A DNA stretch of 64,000 nt from Sulfuritalea sp. (GTDB lineage Bacteria; Pseudomonadota; Gammaproteobacteria; Burkholderiales; Rhodocyclaceae), in assembly GCA_016712985.1 (NCBI GenBank), contig JADJQA010000008.1, positions 15,179 through 79,178 of the forward strand, in the 5' to 3' direction. The translations under genes were made by a program, and so were the position numbers. Below are positions 28,284 through 36,494 of this stretch, piece by piece. The notes under the pieces were generated by a model. That model ran no database searches, was not told where the DNA came from, and worked only from the letters and a program-made list of their open reading frames with translations. Position 1 is the first letter of the stretch. Every line of letters begins with the position of its first letter.

Positions 28284-30659
28284 CTACTTGATGCAGACCG
28301 CCCGCACCTGCTTCAGATCGGTGACGCCCTGCAGGGCCTTTTCGAGGCCATCCATCTTCAGGGTCAGCATGCCGTCCTCGAGCGCCTGGGAGAACAACTG
28401 CGCCACCCGGGCGTGCTCCTGGATCAGCTTCTTCAGCGGCTCGGTGCCGATCATCAACTCGTGCAAGCCGACGCGACCCTTGTAGCCGCTGCCGCCACAG
28501 GTGTCGCAACCCTTGGCGCGGGTGAACACCAGATGGCCATCCTTGCCGTAATCATTGATCAGGCGCTCGAGCGTCGCGGCGTAAGCCGCATCCTTGTCCT
28601 TCTGGAAAGGCGCGGTATTGTCCAGTTCGCTGCAATACTCTTTCATGAACAGCCTGACTTCATCGGCGTCGGGCGTATAGCTCTCCTTGCACTTGCACAA
28701 CCGCTTGGCCAGCCGCTGGGCCAGGATGCCAAGCAGGGCATCCGAGAAGTTGAAGGGGTCCATGCCCATGTCGAGAAGACGAATGATTGATTCAGGCGCG
28801 CTGTTGGTGTGCAGGGTGGCGAACACCAGGTGGCCGGTGAGCGACGCCTCGATACCGATGCCGGTGGTTTCGGCATCGCGCATTTCGCCCACCATGATGA
28901 TGTCCGGATCAGCGCGCAGGAAGGCTTTCATCACCATCGGAAAGTCCATCACCTTCTTGTTGACCTGAACCTGGCGCAAGCCCTTCTGGGTAATTTCGAC
29001 GGGATCTTCGGCGGTCCATATCTTGGTATCCACGGTATTCAAGTAACCCAGCACCGAATGCAGCGTGGTGGTCTTGCCCGAGCCTGTCGGGCCGCAGACG
29101 AAGAACAGTCCGTAGGGCTTGGAGATGGTGGCCTTGAGCTTGGCCAGATTGGTCGGCAGCACGCCGAGCTTGTCGAGCGGGATGGGCTCGCCACCGGCCA
29201 GGATGCGCATCACGACATCCTCGACCCCGCCGGTGGAGGGAATCGTCGCCACCCGCAGCTCAATGTCCAGCGGGCCGTATTTCTTGAACTTGATCTTGCC
29301 GTCCTGGGGCTTGCGCCGCTCGGCAATGTCCAGGTCGCACATGATCTTGAGGCGTGCCACCATGGCGTTGCGGTAGCTCGCCGGCACTTCGATGTACTTC
29401 GCCAGCGAACCATCGCGACGGAAGCGGATCAACACCTTGTCCTTGCCCAGGCCCGGCTCGATGTGAATATCCGAAGCCCCCTGCTGATAGGCATCGATGA
29501 TGATCTTGTTGACCAGCTTGACCAGTTCGTTGTCCGACGCCGCCGAGATATCGTCACCGACACCGCCTTCCCCCTCCATGTCACCCTCATCGAGGGTTGA
29601 CAGCAGATCGCCGACGGAACTGTCGTCCATGAAACCGGGCACGCCCGAAGCTCCAAACAGGTAGTCGAGCGTCTGCACGAACTCATGGTTGGTGGTAACC
29701 CGATAGACAACCTTCGCCCGCGGAAACACATTGTTGACGACACGCGAGCCCTTGACCTGCTCGGGGTCCATGCAGACTACCGTCAAGCCTTCAGCCCCCT
29801 CGTCGACCGGAGCCCATCTGGCCTGTTCCAGAAAATCCCGCTTGAGGTTTTTCAGCAGGTCGGCCGGTTTCACGCGGTCGGACCTGAACGGCTCGTAAGG
29901 CACATTGAAGAACTTCCCCAAGGCGGCGCCCAGGGCCTCGTGCTTGACTTGAAACTCGTTGACCAGAACTTGTTCTATGTCGAGATTCTTGCGTCGCGCG
30001 GTGCGCGTCGCCAGCTCCAGTTCCTGTGCCGAAATGACGGCGTCGGAAACCAGAGAATCGTACTTGGACTTGGCCTTGACGGCATGTACCGGCTTGCTGC
30101 GCTGGTTAAAGGCAATCGCCAGCGTTTCGCACAGGCCCTTGATACCCTCCTCTGCAACGGTTGCAAAGGGAGCGCCCGCCTTGTTGTTGATGATCTGCAC
30201 GACGCCCATCAACTCGCCGCTTTGCGCATCGACGATCGGGCCCACCAGGACCTGCTTGGTGCGATATCCAGTCCGCTTGTCAACTTCCTGCAGGAAGCGC
30301 AGCGAAGGATTGATCTCCTTGAGTTCCGCTTCGTCATAGACGTCGCGGATATTCACTATCTTCTTGGCCAGCGCGACATGGCCGGCGATACTCTGGTCGG
30401 CGATCGGCAGGCGCAGATCCTTGAACGAATTCAGGCCTGTCTTGACTTTGGAGACAATGGAAGCCTTGTCGTCGCCGACGGAATAGATTGTCAGGCGGTC
30501 GGCATTGAACAGGCTGCAGATCTCGGCGGACAGCTCCAGCATGATTTCATCGATGTTGGACGTCGCATGAATCTTGTTGGTGACAAGCTGAAGGTTCTTG
30601 AAGAAAGTCAGACGGCTGTCCACGTCGGACGCGGAGGTGGCAACAGGCACGGCGTTCAT
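28284..30659 (-). CDS. GspE/PilB-family secretion ATPase with N-terminal GAF domain
   Basis: 791 aa. GAF-like N-terminus, a T2SSE_N-like linker, Walker A GPTGSGKTTT and Walker B DPDIIMVGEMRD. Tetracysteine motif CKCK...CDTCGGSGYKGR. Confidence 0.9.
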   Translation of the reverse strand: MNAVPVATSASDVDSRLTFFKNLQLVTNKIHATSNIDEIMLELSAEICSLFNADRLTIYSVGDDKASIVSKVKTGLNSFKDLRLPIADQSIAGHVALAKKIVNIRDVYDEAELKEINPSLRFLQEVDKRTGYRTKQVLVGPIVDAQSGELMGVVQIINNKAGAPFATVAEEGIKGLCETLAIAFNQRSKPVHAVKAKSKYDSLVSDAVISAQELELATRTARRKNLDIEQVLVNEFQVKHEALGAALGKFFNVPYEPFRSDRVKPADLLKNLKRDFLEQARWAPVDEGAEGLTVVCMDPEQVKGSRVVNNVFPRAKVVYRVTTNHEFVQTLDYLFGASGVPGFMDDSSVGDLLSTLDEGDMEGEGGVGDDISAASDNELVKLVNKIIIDAYQQGASDIHIEPGLGKDKVLIRFRRDGSLAKYIEVPASYRNAMVARLKIMCDLDIAERRKPQDGKIKFKKYGPLDIELRVATIPSTGGVEDVVMRILAGGEPIPLDKLGVLPTNLAKLKATISKPYGLFFVCGPTGSGKTTTLHSVLGYLNTVDTKIWTAEDPVEITQKGLRQVQVNKKVMDFPMVMKAFLRADPDIIMVGEMRDAETTGIGIEASLTGHLVFATLHTNSAPESIIRLLDMGMDPFNFSDALLGILAQRLAKRLCKCKESYTPDADEVRLFMKEYCSELDNTAPFQKDKDAAYAATLERLINDYGKDGHLVFTRAKGCDTCGGSGYKGRVGLHELMIGTEPLKKLIQEHARVAQLFSQALEDGMLTLKMDGLEKALQGVTDLKQVRAVCIK

Positions 30660-31732
30660 TCGACTGCCTCCTTGGCGCCAGCATGCGCCCTCATGCCGCC
30701 GTCAAGCAGTGCCGCGTGAAGTCCGCGCTGCGACAGCAAGAACGCGGCGGCGGAACTGCGACGTCCCGTCTGGCAATAGACAATGTAGTTCCTTGCCGGA
30801 TCCAGCGCAGCCGAGGCCTGACGAATGTCGTTGAGCGGAATGTTGATGGCACCCGGATAGCCGTCACTCTGATACTCGGCGGGGAAGCGCACATCGATCC
30901 AGATCGCCCCGGCGGCAACCCGCCGTTCGCCCTCGACGCCGGTGACTCTCTGCAGCAGCGGCGCGAGCAGCAACTGGTTGAAATCCTGCTTCGACAAGCA
31001 CAGCAGCATGCCATCCGTATTCATCGTCACGCTTGCATTGCGCACCGTATCGGCGACCAGCGCCTCTTCGCCAAAAGCATCGCCTTCCTTGAGTTCCGCC
31101 AACTGCACCGGAGATCCGGCAACCAGTCGGGAAACCTTGCAGCGCCCGCGTTCGATCAGATAGTAGTAATCGCCCGGATCACCCTGCTTGACTATTATCT
31201 GACCGCGTTTCACGGGAACGCGCCTGAACTTCGCCAGCAGCGACTGAATATTGGCCGGGGGCAGGGAAGCAAAGCTGCCCACGGTAAGGTTCTCCAGGGC
31301 GAGCATGCCGGACATCATGCTCCAGTCTGTTTGATCGGCGCTACGATGCTCGCCCTCGCTGGAGGTGACGAGCTGGTTCCAGGTGACGACGATGTCCAGG
31401 CTGTCCTCCTCGAGGCTGAGCAGTTCGACGTCCGTAATGGCCTTGCCTGCTGACGGGACTTTCCCCCCGCGCGCCAGGGGAGCGGTAGCAAGATCATGGC
31501 CTCCCACCAGCACACGCGCAGCGCCGTCCGGCATTTTCACCCAGAGCTGCCCGCGCAGCAGGTATACCACTTGAGTGCTCCAGTTGTTGGTGGCACGAAA
31601 CGGGTCGGTGGCGCGTGCGAAGGCATGCGTGCGACAGAGCGGCAGCAACAGCCGCAAGCCTTCGCTGCCCAGTGATTTCAGGGGTTGCAGGCGGGCCAGC
31701 AGGTCAACGTCCACCGTGTCAGCCACGATCAA
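30656..31732 (-). CDS. tandem cyclic-nucleotide-binding domains fused to a rhodanese domain
   Basis: 358 aa with two CAP-type cNMP folds (second: GDPGDYYYLIERGRCKV...GDAFGEEAL). C-terminal rhodanese with active-site loop CQTGRRS. ATGA overlaps at both ends. Confidence 0.8.
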   Translation of the reverse strand: MIVADTVDVDLLARLQPLKSLGSEGLRLLLPLCRTHAFARATDPFRATNNWSTQVVYLLRGQLWVKMPDGAARVLVGGHDLATAPLARGGKVPSAGKAITDVELLSLEEDSLDIVVTWNQLVTSSEGEHRSADQTDWSMMSGMLALENLTVGSFASLPPANIQSLLAKFRRVPVKRGQIIVKQGDPGDYYYLIERGRCKVSRLVAGSPVQLAELKEGDAFGEEALVADTVRNASVTMNTDGMLLCLSKQDFNQLLLAPLLQRVTGVEGERRVAAGAIWIDVRFPAEYQSDGYPGAINIPLNDIRQASAALDPARNYIVYCQTGRRSSAAAFLLSQRGLHAALLDGGMRAHAGAKEAVE

Positions 31733-32496
31733 ATCTCGAACAACTGGTTGTTTTGCAGCATCCGGGGGCAGAATTCACCGATGCGGTCTTCGATCTCTTG
31801 CATGGTCAATTCGACCTGTCCGGGTTTCAGATGGGTGATGAAAACCTCCGCATCGCGCTGCAGACTTGCCAGTTCTTCCAGCAGCATACTCGGGCACAAA
31901 TGCAGGGACGCCACGGCCAGAGCCTTTTCCCGGTCCGAGAACGCACACTCGATGATCAGGTAGCGCAGATTGAGAATGCTGTTGACGTGCGTCCAGAGAC
32001 CGGGGCATGGCCCGGTATCACCGGTAAACACCAGACTGGCATCTCCGGAATCAAGCTGGTATCCGACCGCGGGGACGGTGTGATTCGCCGGCAGCGGAAT
32101 TATCTTGCGGCCATCAAGGATCACGGACTGCCCAACGTGTATGGTTTCAAAGCGCAGAAAGGGTTTCTCCGCCTTCGGTATCTCGCTGAAATCGGGCCAT
32201 ATTGCCCAGTTGAAAATATGCGAACGGATAATTTCAAGCGTCGCATCGGTCGCATGCACTATCAGCGGGCGATTGCGCATGTCCCCCACCGTATCGATCA
32301 TGAACGGCAGGCAGGCCAGATGGTCCAGATGCGAGTGGGTAATGAAGACATGATCAATCTGGGCCAGCTCGGCGATCGCCAGGTCGCCGACTCCGGTTCC
32401 GGCATCGATCAGAATGTCGTTGTCGACCAGAAGCGAGGTGGTACGCAGATGGCGCCCGCCAATTCCGCCGCTACAACCGAGAATGCGTACCTTCAT
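31729..32496 (-). CDS. class II 3',5'-cyclic-nucleotide phosphodiesterase (MBL fold)
   Basis: 255 aa. MKVRILGCSGG... followed by the THSHLDH signature typical of class II cAMP phosphodiesterases. Confidence 0.8.
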   Translation of the reverse strand: MKVRILGCSGGIGGRHLRTTSLLVDNDILIDAGTGVGDLAIAELAQIDHVFITHSHLDHLACLPFMIDTVGDMRNRPLIVHATDATLEIIRSHIFNWAIWPDFSEIPKAEKPFLRFETIHVGQSVILDGRKIIPLPANHTVPAVGYQLDSGDASLVFTGDTGPCPGLWTHVNSILNLRYLIIECAFSDREKALAVASLHLCPSMLLEELASLQRDAEVFITHLKPGQVELTMQEIEDRIGEFCPRMLQNNQLFEI

Positions 32497-32623
32497 CGTT
32501 CCGCCACCTGTGCTGCGCCGCTCCCCGCAGACGGCAATCCAGCGCCCGGAAACCGCCGCAATGGCTGAACCGGGATCGCCCGCTTGTCCGACAAGGAAAA
32601 TGGGGGGTAAGTTCTCATTTCGT

Positions 32624-34839
32624 CTAGAATATGGTCACGCCATCCCAGTTTTCTCCTGGGGATTCCTTGCGCAGGTGTTCAACGCGTTTGACGTACAGAT
32701 CGTAAAGATAGCGCGGCTTGATGCGTTGCAGATTCATCAGCGTCACTTCCGCCTTGTCCCAGTCCTGGGCGCGGTAGCTGCGCAAAGCCTGATTCCAGAG
32801 CTTGATCTCTTCCAGGTCCTCACGAGAGACCTGGCCCTCCTCGCCGACCGGCTCGTAAATGGCCACGGGATCTTCCTTGCCCTTGACCCGCACGCGATCC
32901 AGTTCGCGGAAGACAAATTCCTTCTTCAGCAGTTCGCGCGTGCTCTCGCCAGCGATCATGCCCACCCCGTACTGCTTGGTGATACCTTCCAGGCGCGATC
33001 CAAGGTTGACCGCGTCGCCCATGACGGTGTAAGACTGCCGCACCGGCGATCCCATGTCGCCAACGGTCATCGTACCGGTATTCACCCCAACACCGATCTT
33101 CAGTTCCGGCCAGCCGCGCGCAAGAAGACCCTTGTTCAGCTCGTCGAGTGCGACATGCATTTCCAGCCCTGTACGAACCGCGTTCTTCGCATGCCCGGAT
33201 CATCGACCGGCGCACCCCAGAAGGCCATGATTGCGTCGCCGATGTATTTGTCGAGCGTTCCGCGATGTTTGCGCACCACCACGGTCATCGCGCCGAGGTA
33301 TTCGTTCATCAAGCTTGCCAACTGGTCCGGCTCCAGCCCTTCGGAAATCGTCGTGAATCCGCGCACATCGGAAAACAGCACGGTCAGTTCTGCCTTGCGC
33401 CCGGCCATGCTGTAGTTCTCCGGATCGCGGCTCATCTCCTCGACCAGTTCCGGCGGCACATACTGGCCGAACAGGCCGGTCAACTGACGCTTGGTCCGCG
33501 ACTCGACAAAGTATCCCCACGACATGTTCGTGGCATAGAGCAGCACGATCGCGATAATGCCATTCGCCAGCGGCAACACGACATTCGACACATGCCAAAA
33601 ACTGAAATTCACGATGAGCGCCAGCAGCAGGAGCAGGACCCCGACCAAGGTGGCCCGCAATGGTGACAACATCGGCAGCAGGAAAGCCATCACTGCCCCC
33701 GAGATCAGCACCAGCAACACATCGGCACCGAGAATATAGGGTGCCTTGTGCTTGATCGCTCCGTCCAGCATGCCCGCGATCAGGTTGGCGTGGATCTCGA
33801 CCCCCGGATACGCCGCGCCCACCGGGGTGGCACGCAAGTCCATGAGCCCCGGCGCCGTGGTGCCAACCACAATCACGCGCCCCGCGAGTTGGTCCTTGGG
33901 AACCCGATCGTTGAGCACGTCGGTTATCGAGATGTAGGGGAAGCTTCCCTGAAAGCCCCGATATGGAATCAATGTCGCCGCATTTTCGTCCACCGGAATG
34001 CGCATCACACCGCCCCCAGCGGCTTGCAGATCCAGCCACTCCATGGCCGCATAAGATGCCGGCGAACTTCCGGGATAGCCAGGGGTAATCGGCGGACCGC
34101 CGAGCAGATTGCGCACCATCGCCAGTGCCAGAGACTCGTAGTACTGACCTTTGTACTCGACCAGCAAGGGAACCCTCCGCGAGGTGCCATCCTGATCCAC
34201 CAGTGGATTGAAATGCCCGGCGCCAGCTGCGGCCTTCTGGAACTCGGGCAGGTTGCCGCCGTAGCTGACCCACTGTGTAAAGGCGATACGGCGGCCACTG
34301 AAGGTGCCGGCCGGGAATACGGAGTCCGGAGCAGCGCCGGAACTGGCGCCGCCCTCCTTGCTTGAGAAGTAGTAGCCGAGAATCACTGGCCGGTTCTTCA
34401 GCGCTGCGGCGAAGCGCGCATCGTTATCCAACAGCGGACGCAAGTCCCGCAGCGCCGTTTGGAAGCCTGGAATGTCCTTGAGTTCATTCTTCGCCAGGGA
34501 CTCCAGTGACTTGAGGCCCGAACTTTCGTCGGGCTCGGCGAAGACCACGTCGAAACCGACCAGCCTGACTCCGTACTGATCAAACAGCTTGTTCATCAAG
34601 GTCGCCAGTTTGTCCCGACCCCACGGCCAACGTCCCTGTTCGGCGAGCGACTTCTCGTCGATGTCGAGAATCACCACTCGCTGATCAATACTCCGTGGCA
34701 TGGTCAAGCGCACTTTCGCGTCGTAAATCAGCGCGTCCATGTGATTGATGAACGGAATCTGGTAAAACCGGGCCGAATGGCCGAGCAGCACCAGAATAAT
34801 CAGGAGTCCCAGCCCGTAGCGGGGAAGATACTGCTTCAA
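32624..34839 (-). pseudogene. CHASE2-sensor class III adenylate cyclase, one frameshift
   Basis: CHASE2 block (VVILDIDEKSLAEQGRWPWGRD) and TM segments. The cyclase domain is split at about 33185: ...KYIGDAIMAFWGAPVDDPG then HAKNAVRTGLEMHVA... in the next frame, with one G apparently missing in CCGGGC. Probable TTG start at 34839 (MKQYLPRYGLGLL). Confidence 0.85.
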
Positions 34840-34870
34840 AGGATCTCCGGCGCTTGCTTCATCCTCGAGG

Positions 34871-35620
34871 TTAGTTCTTGAGGAAAAATTCCATCTTGGT
34901 TCCCGCCAGTTCGACGACATCATGGTCGGCAAGTGGATGCGCCTGGGCGTCGAGCGCCTTGCCGTTGACCACCGGGAAGTTGGCGCCCTCGACGTGCGTA
35001 ATGAAGTAGCCATGGGGGCGACGCGCGATGACCGCAACCTGCACACCCGGCCTGCCCAGCGTGGTCAGGCTCTTGGTTAACTCCATTTCCTTGCCGGCGT
35101 TGGCGCCCGAAAGTATCTGGATCGCGCCCAATGGCAGCACAGGCGCTGCCGCGGGGCGAGCCAATGGCGGCTGCGCAGCCATTCCCGGCGAGGTCGCGGA
35201 GTGAGCCGGAACGGCGGGCGCCGGAGCAGCCGCCGCGGCAGGAGCCATAGGAGCAGCAGGAGCCGGCTGATGCGCCGCTCCGGGACGCAGGATCATGGTC
35301 TTTTCGAAATCCGCGCTTGAGGTCTGCTGTGGAACCTCGCCGACATACTTCAGGCGGTACTTGCCAAGCTCGATGACGTCGCCATTCTGCAGGAAGTGCT
35401 TCTTGACCGACTGGCCATTGATGAAAGTGCCGTTGGTGCTGCCCAAATCTTCCAGAAAGGAATCATTGAGAATGGTGATCACCACGGCGTGCTCGCCGGA
35501 AATAGCCAGATTGTCGATCTGGATATCGTTGTGCGGCTTGCGACCAATCGTGGTGCGCTCCTTGGTCAAGGGGATTTCCTTGAGCATCGTGGTTTCCATG
35601 CTGAGTATGAGCTTAGCCAT
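34871..35620 (-). CDS. double FHA-domain protein
   Basis: 249 aa. N-terminal FHA (TIGRKPHNDIQIDNLAISGEHAVV...GSTNGTFING), an Ala/Pro-rich linker, then a second FHA-like domain (TLGRPGVQVAVIARRPHGYFITHVEG). Confidence 0.85.
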   Translation of the reverse strand: MAKLILSMETTMLKEIPLTKERTTIGRKPHNDIQIDNLAISGEHAVVITILNDSFLEDLGSTNGTFINGQSVKKHFLQNGDVIELGKYRLKYVGEVPQQTSSADFEKTMILRPGAAHQPAPAAPMAPAAAAAPAPAVPAHSATSPGMAAQPPLARPAAAPVLPLGAIQILSGANAGKEMELTKSLTTLGRPGVQVAVIARRPHGYFITHVEGANFPVVNGKALDAQAHPLADHDVVELAGTKMEFFLKN

Positions 35621-35662
35621 TGTCTTCGTCCTCGGAGGTCACTGAGCGTACATTAAAGACTC

Positions 35663-36484
35663 TTACTTGAACCAGGCCAGGAAGCGAGCCCACCAGCCGC
35701 GCGCCGCCGGATATTCGCCCTTCACCCTGACCAGGATTACCGAAACATTGTCACGGCCACCGTTGTCGTTGGCCATCTGAATCAACTGCGTCGCGCACAA
35801 GTCGAGATTGGCTGACAAGGCGCCAACAGTCATGGCAAGTTCCTCGTCGTCCACCATGTCGTTGAGGCCGTCGGAACAAAACAGGTAGACGTCGCCCGGC
35901 AAGACGTCATGGTCGTGTATCTCGGCCTGCACCTCGGGATCGATGCCGACGGCTCGCGTGACCAGATTCTTGTTCTGCGAAAAGCGTGCCTGCTCCGAAG
36001 TGATCAGACCGCTGTCGATCTGCTCCTGCAGCAGCGAATGATCGCGCGTTATCTGGGAGAACTCGTCACCACGCCAACGGTACAGCCGCGAGTCACCAAT
36101 GTGGCCGACAGTCACCTTGTTGTCGTGAAACACAGCGACCACCAGCGTTGTTCCCATCCCGGCATATTGCGGCTGGCTCAGTGCCGCCTGATAGATGGTG
36201 GCATTGACCCGAGCCATTTCCTTCTCCAGGGAGACTTGCGCCCAGGACTTGCCGGAAGCGTCCATGCTGCTGGGCTCGCGTGCAATGAAGGCTTTCTCAA
36301 GTTCGGTGCCGAGCAGCGCCGTTGCCATGCCGCTGGCGACCTCGCCAGCGTTGTAGCCGCCCATGCCATCGGCCAGCACGGCGAACCCGCGCTGCGGATT
36401 GGCCATGACCGCGTCCTCATTGTTGGTGCGCACCGAGCCGGGATCGCTGCGAGTGACAATTTCGAGAACGGCATTCATGTCCAT
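35663..36484 (-). CDS. PP2C-family Ser/Thr phosphatase
   Basis: 273 aa. RTNNEDA, LADGMGG and CSDGL...DN motifs. Confidence 0.9.
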   Translation of the reverse strand: MDMNAVLEIVTRSDPGSVRTNNEDAVMANPQRGFAVLADGMGGYNAGEVASGMATALLGTELEKAFIAREPSSMDASGKSWAQVSLEKEMARVNATIYQAALSQPQYAGMGTTLVVAVFHDNKVTVGHIGDSRLYRWRGDEFSQITRDHSLLQEQIDSGLITSEQARFSQNKNLVTRAVGIDPEVQAEIHDHDVLPGDVYLFCSDGLNDMVDDEELAMTVGALSANLDLCATQLIQMANDNGGRDNVSVILVRVKGEYPAARGWWARFLAWFK

Positions 36485-36494
36485 TGTGCGCCCC

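Noticed and set aside
26952-28790. 612-aa plus-strand ORF spanning the HD-GYP and ATPase genes
   Set aside because: It is antisense to two well-supported genes and crosses their boundary. The sequence is repetitive and Gly/Arg/Leu-rich with no recognisable domain.
30656-35046. Cyclase plus cNMP-binding protein as a Pycsar/CBASS-type anti-phage module
   Set aside because: The cyclase has a periplasmic CHASE2 sensor. A housekeeping-type phosphodiesterase is co-encoded. The cNMP-binding protein carries a rhodanese domain, not a toxic effector (no TIR, nuclease, patatin or pore-forming TM module). The context is signal transduction.
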